A stretch of 64,000 nt of DNA from Octopus bimaculoides (lineage: Eukaryota): assembly GCF_001194135.2 (NCBI RefSeq), contig NC_068983.1, forward strand, positions 109,483,218-109,547,217. Reading direction: 5' to 3'. Under the pieces are notes generated by a model that was given only the letters and a program-made list of their open reading frames with translations, was not told the DNA's origin and searched no databases. Each line of letters starts with the position of its first letter. The stretch's first letter is position 1. Shown one piece after another: positions 12,555 to 24,782 of the stretch. The translations under genes and the position numbers were made by a program.

Positions 12555-12783
12555 AAAAAATGAATCCAATGAAAGCAGTGACCCATATTCCAGAGATACA
12601 AACTCATATCATCTGATCATTTCCTATGAGTATGAGACAAACTGACTGGTTCCAGTTAGCTTGAAGGGCTAACTCCAACAGCGCAACCAAAAAATGAATC
12701 CAATGAAAGCAGTGACCCATATTCCAAAGACACAAACTCATACCATCTGGTCATTTCCTATAAGACAAACTGACTGGTTCCAG
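12555..12783. repeat. Direct repeat of about 95-100 bp (12555-12655 and 12689-12783) with a 33-bp spacer
   Basis: aaaaaatgaatccaatgaaagcagtgacccatattcc...actgactggttccag occurs twice. The spacer is an inverted copy of 12297-12329. Confidence 0.9.
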
Positions 12784-13215
12784 GATGGATGAAATATTGA
12801 AGCAAATGCTCACTTCATGGCTGCTATTCTGCTGATGCTTAACGATTTTGGTAATCTAGATTGTTTAAATTACAGGAAAACCTATGTACATGAACTTTCC
12901 ACAAAGACATTTGCATGGTACAAATACCAGCATCCATTCTCAATGTGACAACTACGGGGGGAAGGGTGCTGAACAGTTCCTGGCTTTGAGTAAAAGAAAA
13001 TACAGGCAGATTAGTTAATTATGATTTTATTCAACATATTCCCCTCTCTGATTCACACACTTATTGCAGTGGTCCTTCAGATTTTCTAAGCTCTGTAAAA
13101 TAACTCAGAAGGTTAGGCCTTCAACTAGGTCTTTTGCAATACTCTTAAAGTCTGAAACTTTTCAGCACCCTCTTATTCATAATCCATCACTACACAGTAA
13201 ATTGGTAACACTTAC
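12737..13215 (-). other. Candidate GT-AG intron (479 nt, phase 0)
   Basis: Minus-strand GTAAGT at 13215-13210 and AG at 12738-12737. An alternative in-frame TAG with a pyrimidine tract lies at 12760-12758. Removing the intron reproduces the segment at 1551-1633 apart from three codon changes. Confidence 0.45.
12955..13179. mobile_element. Mariner-derived MITE (about 225 bp)
   Basis: TA-flanked TIRs cggggggaagggtgctgaacagttcctggcttt and aaagtctgaaacttttcagcaccctcttattca. Confidence 0.8.
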
Positions 13216-13289
13216 AATCATCAAAACATTGATTAATGTGACCAAATGTTTGCCCTGCATGGTTAGTTTCCTGGATTTTGTGGCATAAA

Positions 13290-13495
13290 TATTCAACCAT
13301 TGGCTTGAACTAAGTCTGTTGCAGGCTTACTCATTTTAGCGAGCTGATGTGACTGGAGCTATGGAGCTGAGTTGACAACAGCAATGTGAAATGAAGTGCT
13401 TTGCTCAAGAATGCAATGCATTGCCCAGTCCAGGAAATGAAACCACAATCTTACAATCATAAGTGCCACACCCTAACCACTAAACTGCACACCTA
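13290..13495 (-). mobile_element. SINE 5' portion (tRNA-like head)
   Basis: gcaatgtgaaatgaagtgctttgctcaagaa...aaaccacaatct...ccctaaccact, shared with 17660-17792. Confidence 0.7.
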
Positions 13496-14186
13496 AGATA
13501 CCGATTATATACAGATTGGTTAATTCAAAAGTGAAAATATTAAAGATAAAAGTGCAGCTAAATTATAGATAAATATTTTAAGATTTTATTATGGTGTAAA
13601 ATACTTTGCATGAGTGTTTGAATCTGTGAAATTATTTGTAAAAATGGTATCTAAAATCAATTTTCAAACATGGGATGTTATGCTCAAGTGAAAATAAATG
13701 CTTCCCAAGAATAAGATAGACATTCATTTTGTATGTGTGAGTGTGTGCATGTGCGTGTGTGTGTGTGTAAATAACATATTAGCAGAAAGCTCAATATATA
13801 TGAAAATAAATTCATGTTTAGAGTGATCATGAGTTGAACTATCAATATAGTGAAGACAAAAGGACACTAAAAAAGTAAATGAATATTGGGCATACACATT
13901 AGATAAACAGATGCATTCATATATTCTTCTCTACATTAAATATGAATATTCACTGACATGTCAGCTACATTTATATCATTCGAGTTTTCTTTTATAAATT
14001 TACTGATGTGTATTTAATCAATACATGTATCACTTAAGATTCTGTCTTTGCTGATGATATCACATATTAAAATTTAAATATAGAAGTTTTAGGAACACGG
14101 ATTCATGTCCAGAGGATAATGTACGAATAATATTGTAATATATATGTTCAATATTTTTAAGCATATACATAGACACACATACATGC

Positions 14187-14228
<42 letters not shown>

Positions 14229-14413
14229 NNNNNNNNNNNNNNNNNNNNNNNNNNNNNNNNNNNNNNNNNNNNNNNNNNNNNNNNNNNNNNNNNNNNNNNN
14301 NNNNNNNNNNNNNNNNNNNNNNNNNNNNNNNNNNNNNNNNNNNNNNNNNNNNNNNNNNNNNNNNNNNNNNNGTGTGTGTGTAAATATATAAAAATTAAAA
14401 GATAAAGAGAGCA

Positions 14414-15186
14414 ATGGTAAGGTTGGAGAAGTATTTTATGGATAGAGTCTTACAGCTGTTTCTGGGAAGATCCAGTACTTCTCTTCATCGGCGACATAAA
14501 AAATAAAGTAATCTATTATTATATCCATAGGCGGATATTTTTAGTATGAAGTGATAAAGAGTGTGATGCGCTGAAAAATGAGAGAACAGTACTTGAAGTG
14601 TAGCTTCATTCCAGTAGTAAATATCCGTGTAGAAATCCGTGTAAAGTAATCCTTGTGGGGATAATTCGGAAATAGATGTTGGAACAAAGGCTGATATAGC
14701 ATAGATAGCAGAGGTGAATATATGCCATACTGCGATGGATTTTAGCTTGTTTACTTGAAGAATGGCCAAGTCAAGTGAAGGATGAGCGGTAATTAGGTCA
14801 AGTCATGGAGACATAATGTGAAAGGGGATGGAGGAGAGATAGAGGTGAAGGATGGTAGCGATATATTTTAATGGTCAGTTGATCTTACAGGATAGAGGGG
14901 ATGAGCATATAGAGAGAAGGAGGGATGGGGGGATGAGGTTAAAAGGTCTAGTGCGTAGGAAGGAATGTGCGTATGTAGTATATAGGTGGTGGGGGTATGA
15001 GTGATAAACCAAGGACAGAGATAAAGGGAGAGATGGGTGGGAAAGGTAGTTAGTAGTATCATATTCTAGAATGCAGCCAAACCTATTTATAAATGGTGGA
15101 AAGGGATTGAGAGAAACGACGTAGTCTGTATGCGTTGGTGGTGGTGTTGTGAATTAGGGAGTAGAAGAATACCCTCCTCAACCTTA
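14414..15186 (-). mobile_element. Degraded non-LTR retrotransposon, APE endonuclease C-terminus plus linker (CR1/Jockey-like)
   Basis: Minus translation ITHTPTT...PSYALDLLTSSP...RSTDH follows the APE pattern PT...S.LDL..S...SDH. It is followed by WHIFTSAI.AISAFVP, typical of EN-RT linkers. Confidence 0.5.
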
Positions 15187-15217
15187 TATATATCTATATA
15201 TATATATATATATATAT

Positions 15218-17405
15218 GACAATGCCAAAGATGCCAAGGCCCAACTAAACAACTGACAGTTGATAAAAACCAGCAAGTCAACTAGCCAGAAGGTTCACAA
15301 TATGGTGTTTCCAATGCAAAGTCTGATCAATATGTATCCAGACTGTTGCTGAAGTAATGAATCTAAAGCACACAGAATGAAGTCACTTGGCAAAGATTGA
15401 CCTTGAACTCTGCTGTGCATGTGCACTATGTTTTAACGTTTTAGCTCACTTCCACTGTTTACAGCAGTAGTGCTTGGAAGGAAGGTGTGTAGTGTGTGAT
15501 CATCACATTGACCATGACAGACAAAGCTGTCATGGCAATACCTGCACAGAGTCATACGCAAAGTTGTAGAAAGTGTATGGAGAGGAGTGTATAAACTGCA
15601 CACAAGTGTATGAGTGGCTCAGGCGTTTCCAAGATGGTTGAAAAATGTCTGGGAAGCCTACAATCAGCAGAACTGAGAAAACATCGCAGATGTGTGGGCA
15701 GCTGTGAGGGGAAATCATCAAATCACTATCTGTGAGTTACCAGAAGATGTGCAGTTCAGTTTAGTTCTTTATCAATGAAGATTTGTGTATGAGATGCATG
15801 TCTGCCAAGTTTGTGCCAAAACTGCTTTCAGCTGTCCAAAAAGACACTCAGGTTCCAGTTGCACAAAATCTCCTTGATTGTGTCGAGAACGAGGAAAACT
15901 TTTTGAAAACTTTGCATAGGTCTCTCAGCAAGTATCACCAAGCTTCTGGCAAAATTTGATGCAGATTCTCTGCTCAACTTTCTCTGTCATGGTCAATGTG
16001 ACAATCATATGCTACATATCTTCTTTCCAAGCACTGTTGTAAACAGGGGAAGTGATCTAGAATGTTAGAATGTAGAGCGCATGCACAGCAGAGTTCAAGG
16101 TCAATCTCGCAGCTTTACTCTGCATGATTTAACTTTATTACAATGGCAACAGTCCGGATACTTATTGATCAGACCACACATGCTATCTTATCCACACTGC
16201 AGGGATCAGTCTTGCTTTATGACTTTACCATGATTCAGGCAGATGCGGAGGAAGAGATTGTACATAAAATTCATGCGGAAGTAGCTGGGAATTTCCCCAA
16301 CTTTTAGCTCAGTTACAATGTACAGTGAAACTTCTAAGCACCACCTACCAATTTCATCACTGTTAGAGAAATTCAAAGCCACCAAAGCAAGAGCAATTAG
16401 GACATTACTTCCATCTGAGAATGAAAATGTCAGACATGCCTAGAAGATCATAATGTGTGACAAAAGGTGGAAGCCCCAGGAAGCTGTAAGGGAAGCAAAA
16501 ACATACCAGAATCAAAGATTGTTGGAGTAGCCTGTCAAGGACATCAGGACGTGGCAACTACAGCTCCAAAAGGTGGTAAAATACTAATGTCATAGTATTT
16601 TATGGGAGTGCTCATAATGCAAAGAATCCATAACTCAACAGAAGAAGATTGCTGCATAAAGGCAATAGATCTTGCCCATAAGTGACAATGGATATAGTAG
16701 AACTAGACAGTCAAGTGCCTATTGTTTTAGAAAGAACACTAGCATGATAACCAGGAAAAATTATCTTTCCTCCTGATTGCCATTGCAGACCTCTTACCAA
16801 TCTCCAATAACCTTAAAATATAGGGAAAAGAAGACCCATCCTGCAAGCAGAATGAAACAACTGTTTTTGCCTTAAGCTACATTTTTACTGGATGCCCTAA
16901 AGCACAAGGAGAGAGTTGATAGAAGTGGAGGCATGATAAAATCCTTGCAGAAATCACCAAATGAATAGACATACAGAGGATTAAGCCAAGAAACAGAAGC
17001 CATCATTGCTTAAGAGAATTGGATTCCTAAGGAAAAGTGACAAAGCTTCTAATATGAAAATAACAGTAGGGGACTCATTTTCTATTTTTCATCCAGCTGG
17101 GAGATGCAAGAGTACATGAAGGGTAAACTCATCTTCCCAGAGAAGATAGTAGTAACATAGCTCCAATCAGACGTATTACTGCTTTCCAGAAGGGTAAAAA
17201 AAAATTATTATGCAATACCCTGGAAGGATATTTATCATTAGCTAAAGAAAATCAAATATCAAGACTTGATCAACAAGCTGGATTGATATACTATTTCCTG
17301 CAGAAGACTGGTGTTAAATGCAAACAACTTAAGAAAGCCACCATGCATATGCTGAAACCAGCTCAAGTTGGTTTGGGCTGACAAGAGAAAACAGATGGAA
17401 TCCTT
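15218..17405 (+). mobile_element. HERO-clade (RLE-type) non-LTR retrotransposon 3' half, interrupted by a mariner derivative at 15314-16182
   Basis: Across frameshifts: GRFTIWCFQ, LLYDF, LGISPTFSSVTMYS, LPISSLLEKFKATKAR, KRWKPQEAVREA, IVGVACQG, a zinc-knuckle relic (YIFTGCPKA..KWRHDKILAEI), and RLE relics QSDVLL, IPWK and KYQDL. Confidence 0.8.
15314..16182. mobile_element. Non-autonomous mariner made of two inverted 5' ends (foldback)
   Basis: TIR gtctgatcaatatgtatccagactgttgc pairs with gcaacagtccggatacttattgatcagac. The + strand carries the N-terminal HTH with VYEWLRRFQDG and MSAKFVPKLLS. The - strand of 15900-15995 encodes MTEKVEQRICIKFCQKLGDTC. Confidence 0.9.
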
Positions 17406-17499
17406 CCACAAGTAAAGGATTCCACATTGCAATGGATTCAGAAGAAAAGCTTGCAATATATGTAATATATATGATGATTATGATTATGATGATGATGGT

Positions 17500-17792
17500 A
17501 GTCTCTTGTAGTCTGAGAAAGATGGTTCTGCAATTTTTTGCTCAACAACATACACAGCTGATTTGTTTATAGTGATAAAATATATGTGCTGTACATTAGC
17601 TCACACCCTCCATCAAATCAACATTGCCCAAACAATCGCATGGTGCATCAAACGTTAGGTGTTGAAGTGGTCACAGAGTAGTGTGAGATGAAGTATTTTT
17701 CTCAAGAATGCAATGCACCACCAGGTCCAGAAATTGAAACCACAATCTCACGATTGTGAGTGCAATACCCTAACCACTATACCATACACCCT
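17500..17792 (-). mobile_element. SINE, diverged
   Basis: Same head motif as 13290-13495 (gatgaagtatttttctcaagaatgcaatgcacc...ccctaaccact). Confidence 0.65.
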
Positions 17793-18120
17793 CATTATTA
17801 TATATGTATGTATGCATGTATGAATGAACGAACAAATGAATGAATGAATGAATGAATGAATGAACATCATGACTGGTTGAGTATCTGTCTAAATGTCATG
17901 TAATAAAGCACATTATGCCCTATTAAGTTTAAATCTAAATACCATATTTACTCACCTTGATGTAGTTACATGTGCTGACTTTAGATATGCTGATATTTAC
18001 TCATAAATGAAAAAAACAACAAACAAGTGATAAGGCATAGAAAAGATTTGTTCTGTTATCTCACAGAACAAATCTGTTGCATGTCTCCTCATCTGTGTTT
18101 TCTTTACCTCATATGTAAAC

Positions 18121-18420
18121 ACAGGTACGGCTGAGCAATCAAGAAGTTCACTTTAAAAACACGATTGGGAAAATGACAACTTAAAATTGGTGAAAGAAAT
18201 TAGGTAGGTCAAAACTGTGTGGAAGCCCACATGATGAATTGTATTTGTAATAAAAAAGACTAGCTTTATTATACTGTGTCATGCTGATTCTGCCTGACAA
18301 TTATATTAAGGGTACAAGTGTTTGTGGAATACTTGTTCACTTAAACTATAATACAATGTGAAGGCAATTTTGTTGCTCAAACACCTGGAACACTCATTGT
18401 CAAAACTGACAAAGGGACCA
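18121..18420 (+). mobile_element. Old SINE-like repeat
   Basis: The head acaggtacggctgagcaatcaagaagttcact resembles the SINE heads elsewhere in the window; the body is highly diverged. Confidence 0.45.
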
Positions 18421-21400
18421 TTTATATTGATGTCTTATGTATCATATTCTATTCAAATTAAACTAATAATTGTTCATATATAGTGTTTAGTTTGGAAATA
18501 TATCCTTGTTCGTTACAATAGGAGTGATATTAAAGAATAAAGAAAATTCCCATGAAGATTATTGAAATGATATAATGTATGAAATGAAATATAATATTTC
18601 TATGGCCATTTGTTTTAAAATTAAACTTTAGGTAATAAAAGATCTGAACCTGTGATAGATTAAATGATAGAGTGACAATAATATGAAAAGAAATTTCTAG
18701 AATCTATTCAAGCTGCTTAATTGTTATCAAGCTTGGAAAGAAAATCAGGTAGAAAGACTTCAGATATGACAAAGACTAATAGAAACTCATTAATGTGCAT
18801 TTCCTGTCAGCACAGCATAAAGTTGCCAAAGAGTCTACAGTAGACAAAATGATAACAAATACTAAATTATTGAACAATGGCTAAGTAAATACTTTTCAAA
18901 GAATGGAAATTTCAACATATGGAAAAGATGCTTCACTGAAACCAATTCACTTTATCTCCTGAAACAGCCTATATGACCAAACCATCATGAAAGCAAAAAT
19001 ACATTCTTTCACTCGTGTATGTCTAACACTTTGCTTCAGTGGTCATATTTAAAATTAACAGTTTGTAGAGACAAAATTGTTTTCACCTGATCTGAGTTCA
19101 TAGTCATTCTTTTTTTTTAAATAACTATGAATGGAGGATTTCTTCTTACATTCACAATTGTAGTTTAGTGTGAGACTTTCTTCAGCTCTTCCCTATATTA
19201 TCATTAAGCTTGATTTTTACATGCTGTAGATGCTATGCTTGCATTACAAATGCTTCACTGCCATACATCAACATCACTTTAACAAGTGTATTATTATTTC
19301 ACTTTTCACTTGTAGAAATAGATTCTTTAGTAATGATGATCACTCATTATTTTATTTAGTCTTAAAATCACAAAGATATGCTCACAATTTTTCATTCTCT
19401 TACCAACAGAATATATGTTCTAAGTAGATATGACCTGAACACATCAATTAATATGTAACATATTAAGCCATTTTTATTTCACACTTTCCTTACATATTTT
19501 TCCAAAATTATTTGATATATAGTAATAGTTTTCAGAATATATCAAGACAGCTGTGTTGTGCATCTGATCAAAATACGTAACTTAGTTTGTATTTTACACA
19601 AAAATAACTCCCATTATCATTTCACATGAATGTTTTGCAAATAAAGGATAACCCCATACTGCAGACAATTGCTCCAACAACAAATTATACTAGTCATGCA
19701 ATAATGTAAAAAAAAGTATGGCTGTAAATTAATAAAAGAAAATGAAAAAATATTTCATAGATGCTAGAACATCATTTACATAAATTTTGAAATGTACTGA
19801 CTGATGTTTATAAATGTTTATGTAAAATTAGTTTTGAAACTTTCTCAATGCTTTCTATTCTGATGGAATTCTTTATCTGATAGTACTCATTACCTCAGCA
19901 GCATAAAACTAATTCAAGTGCAAGTAAGAACCAGTTTATTAAAATTTGAATATATACTTCATAGCATATATGTAAGTGACTGTAATTATTTCAGTTATAT
20001 ATTACAAATGTTGGATAGTTTATTTCTTATTCTAAAAGACATAATTATACTACAAGTAACATTTTTGACTTAACTAACGATTTCTACATTTATTTAGTGT
20101 TGTCATGATTCTGAATTATAAAAGAAAATTGTATTTTATATATAAGTAGAAGATGTTAATTTCAAACTTGTATAATTTTATGTACAAAGTTATGATTACA
20201 CACTTCATCTAATTAAACAAAATTGATGTGTATAGGATTAAAATCGATAGAGACAAAACATCTCTCAGCTTAACTCTTCTACACAAATGGTTAACGAAGG
20301 TTAACATATGAAAATATTCAATGCAGGGTTTTATAGAAACATGAAAGTGAGACTAAGAATGGGATACAATGAATAATTCTTTGTCAATATGATATTGAAC
20401 TTTAACATGTTAAAAGTATTGTTCATACCTTTTATGAATATTCATTTAGAGTCACAATATGAATAATGAACTCACTATATTAAAGACAGAAATCACAATG
20501 TTTTTCACTATGAGCCATTATAGAGAAATAATATCTGAAATTTCAATAGACACAAAATATTGATTAGCAAATTTATCATACAACAAAAGTATATCTACCC
20601 TGATTTAATACTACTTGAATGGAAAAATTCTAAAGATTAATCTAATTTACCCATTACATTTTTCATAAATGTACATTGTTTAACAAAGTAAACAGAAAAA
20701 TTACTTGGAATGTATATATCTACGAATTATTTATATTCTTTTTATATTCTAAACAAGTTGGGAAATTAAAAACTAGCCTCTAAAGAATTATACAAAGTGA
20801 ATAAGTGACATAAAAGAACTTTGATAGCATTTCTTTTTTATATCTTTCTCACTTCTAAAATGAGTATACAAGAACATAATATATGAACAGATGAAAATTT
20901 TGTTCCATATGATTTTCCTTCATCTCTTTTCTTTATTACTTGCTTCTTATTTTTCAATTTAGCCTTTCACATTACTTCAAGCTAGTTGTTAGTTTAAGAA
21001 ATTATAAAACACTTACTCATGTTTATTTTCAAGTTATTCTGATGGCTTATTTCTAAGTTTCTAAAATATTTTTATCTCTACAAAACTTTTTTTAAAGTGC
21101 TTTTGAAAATGCTTTGTAATATTTTTAATCATTGAATCACAAAGTTTATTTTCTCTTTTGTTATTTGTAGACATAAACTTTTGGTAATTTCATTTAGTGT
21201 ATTAATATCTTGTGGCAGTTTTCTGTCAGTTACCAGAAAATTATTTTATCAAATATAATTAGACATATTAACTATGGATTGTCATTTCTATGAACTGAAA
21301 GAAATCTGTTTAATTTACAATGCATTAATTTATCAGTGATATTTGATTTTCTGTTTTATTTTGTTTCTGTAAAATACAATTCATGTTGACAAAAGTTATT

Positions 21401-21464
21401 CTTAATAGATAGCTTCTTACATTATAAAAATAGATCAATACATGTTATTTGGAAACAAAGTATA

Positions 21465-22183
21465 CATCATCGTCATCATTATGATCATTATCAATTAATG
21501 TCCATTTTCCATTCTGGCATGGGTTGGATGTTTTGACAGGAGCTGGTATACCAGAGAGCTGCACCAGGCTCCAGTCGTCTGTTTTGGCATGGTTTTTATG
21601 GCTGGATGCCCTTCCTAATGCCAACCACTTTATAGAGTGTACTGGGTGCTTTTCATGTGGCATCAGCACAGGTTCTTTTTACATGTCACCAATACAGGCA
21701 CTTTTTATGCAGTACCAGCATGGGTGCTTTATACGTAGTGTGGCTATGATTTTACTTAGCTTGATATGGTCTTCTCAAGCACAGCAAATCACCAGAAGTT
21801 TTGGTCCCTTGTCATCTCCTCTGTGAGGTTCAATCTCAGAGGTTCATCTCCTCTGTGAGGTTCAATCTAACCTCTTCATCCCACATCTTCCTGGGTCTAC
21901 CCCTTCCACACATTTCTTCTACAACTAGAAATCAGCATTTCTTTATGCAGCTGTTCTCATTCATATGCATCACATGACCATACCAGCATAGTCTTTTCTC
22001 TTGCACACTACATTTGACACCTCACATACCCATTTGTTTTTAAAAAGAATCATTTACACTCTGTTGTACATGCACACTGACATTACCCACCCTGTGGAGC
22101 ATGCTGGCTTCATTTCTTTCAAGCTTTTGCAAGTCCTCTGTGGTCACAGCCCATGTTTCATTGCCATATAACATAGCTACAAT
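21465..22183 (-). mobile_element. RTE LINE 3' fragment with (GAT)n tail
   Basis: Minus ORF AMLYGNETWAVTTEDLQKLERNEASML, then GRPRKMWDE and the shared 3' UTR. A 32-bp internal tandem duplication lies at about 21811-21868. Confidence 0.9.
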
Positions 22184-23559
22184 GATCTTTATATTACATT
22201 TGCTTGGACATTGTAAACTAATTACATAAAACAATGAATCTTCATATAATATATAGACTTGCAGTTCATATTCATTTAGCATTACATAGAAAATTTCAAT
22301 TTCTAAAACACTTTATCAAAATACTTGATTCTTTTACTGAGGCATGGTAATTGAGGGTATTTAGTAAAATATATTGATAAAAAGTTGGAAACAGAAGTCA
22401 TTCTTTCAGTCTCTGTATGTATTTGAAACTTCAACTTACACTTTCAGTTAGTCTTTGTAATGATGTTTGATGTCAGCTAAAGACTTACACATGTAGATTG
22501 AAATGAAATATTTACATGTGAAAATCATCAAAGAAATTATAACTTTTTGCATTTGTAAGAAAAAATAACTTTGTAAATACTTACTAAAAACACAAAATGA
22601 AAACTAAATTAGAAAGTGATGTTATAATAATGGAAAATTCTTTAAAATAGAAAGAATTAAAATTCCTTATAAATGATCATTAGACTGAACTGTAATAAAC
22701 ATATATATATATATGCTTAGTTTTCAAAGAAATAGCTTCATGTAGATTTGGTCTGTTCACATCACTTAGATTAACTTTGGGCATAAGTTAATTCCACCCT
22801 CTCTATACCAATGTCTGGAAATGAAAAGACACTGAAGTTAAAAATTCCATCCCCACCATAACTTGAAATCTTGTGAATGAGCACCTCATACAACAATGGA
22901 ATGAGGTGACGTGCTTTATATGTCAGTCTGAGAAGTTCTATTTTCTAACATACAAATTACCCTAGACCTCTGAAGCTAAAAATTTGACACACTTGTCTAT
23001 ACACATCAGCACTGAAAGTGGTTGGAACTAAAGTTAAGACACTGAGACTGAAGAGCATCTGGCCTGATCACAAAAAAATTACTTCTACTTTCTCTTTTAA
23101 AACTCTGGAGTCCATTAGGAAAACAACAAGAGAAAAGAAAAATGTTGATTTACACTATGCAGCAATGCAATAAGATACCACTTTCATACAAGATATAAAG
23201 TTTTCCTGGAATTTACAAAACACAGTCAATAATGTACTTTAAAATGATGACCTTAACAAAATATGTATTCATGAGATAATTATCAGGAAGTAATTCACGC
23301 AAGATGACAAGTCAAAACGATGTTCTATACAGCTTTATATACTGAGTTAGAGCATGGGCAACAAGTTACCAGTGATTGACAAAGACAAGAAATTGTGGAA
23401 GAATTAGCTTAATCACTAAAATGACACAACATAATGAAGCTGGAAGAATACAGCTAATTTGGAAAGTATTTTTTAAATCACTAATAGAAAAACAAAATAA
23501 ACCTCATTTGTGACAAAATATCCCACTGAGAATAATATAATAACGAATTCACTTTACTT

Positions 23560-23860
23560 TGGAAAATAATCAAATTTTCCTACAGCTACCAACAACTTAG
23601 AATCAATTAGTGATCTACCCCGTTCACAACAAATATCCCCTGAATCAATCAGTGCAAAAATCTTCAATTCAGTGCTTTTCACAATATTAATAACAAGAAT
23701 TGAGGAATTCATTTTAGGTTTTCAGATTGGCTTCAGGCCAAATATAACTATCATCAAGAATATTCAGTGATGTCTGCTTTTCAAGACAACACAATCTTAT
23801 GATAACACTGAGAGACTTTTTCAAGGAATTTGACTCTGTAAACAATCAAAATATCCTATA
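23560..23860 (+). mobile_element. Very old LINE RT remnant
   Basis: RIEEFILGFQIGFRPN..IIKNI and a DFS/KEFDSV relic resemble the RT motifs QxGFR and DFxKAFDSV. Confidence 0.45.
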
Positions 23861-24141
23861 TGAAGTATCTAACTCACAGATTAATGTCATAACTTTAAAA
23901 CAGCATTAGATATGCTGTTTTAAATCTTTTTGAAATTAACCTTCACTAATAATCCTGAAATTTTATCCCTTGGGAAGTTCAAAGACAACTAAAAAATTTC
24001 ACTCCATTACTTCAACAAATGTAGAACTGAAGTTAAAAAACTTATAAAATCAAAGTAATAACATGAATTCCTCAGTCATACATACATACATACATATGTA
24101 TGTATGCCTATATATCTATCTACGTATCTATCTATCTATAT

Positions 24142-24186
<45 letters not shown>

Positions 24187-24509
24187 NNNNNNNNNNNNNN
24201 NNNNNNNNNNNNNNNNNNNNNNNNNNNNNNNNNNNNNNNNNNNNNNNNNNNNNNNNNNNNNNNNNNNNNNNNNNNNNNNNNNNNNNNNNNNNNNNNNNNN
24301 NNNNNNNNNNNNNNNNNNNNNNNNNNNNNNNNNNNNNNNNNNNNNNNNNNNNNNNNNNNNNNNNNNNNNNNNNNNNNNNNNNNNNNNNNNNNNNNNNNNN
24401 NNNNNNNNNNNNNNNNNNNNNNNNNNNNNNNNNNNNNNNNNNNNNNNNNNNNNNNNNNNNNNNNNNNNNNNNNNNNNNNNNNNNNNNATATATATATATA
24501 TATATATAA

Positions 24510-24782
24510 ATGTACTGTTCTGTGATGGGAAATTCAACAAAACAAGTACTCCGTATGGTGAAAGATAAATATTATTTATTTAAAGAGTACAATACATGTA
24601 TTTAAGTGCTACTAATAGTTTTATATGCTGAGAAATACTCTAACATATTCTTCAGTTGCAAACCACACATCATATCTTTACGATATGTGGTTTGCACCTG
24701 AAGAATATGTTTGAGTATTTCTCAACATATAAAACTATTAGTAGCACTTAAATACATGTATTGTCATTTAAATAAATAAATA
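24510..24782. mobile_element. Palindromic Penelope-like terminal-repeat relic with hammerhead-like core
   Basis: Arms of about 103 bp (24570-24673 and 24680-24782) around a 6-nt loop. Core reads CTGAAGA, a 10-bp stem, then AAAAC-tatta-GTA. The left arm extends to a (TA)n tract. Confidence 0.65.

Noticed and set aside
11800-13880. Weak similarity between 11800-11990 and 13675-13880 suggesting an old 1.9-kb duplication
   Set aside because: There are only short AT-rich matches, and it cannot be separated from chance without alignment statistics.
14485-14769. 94-aa minus ORF as a host membrane protein
   Set aside because: It is better explained as the EN-RT linker of the surrounding LINE relic.
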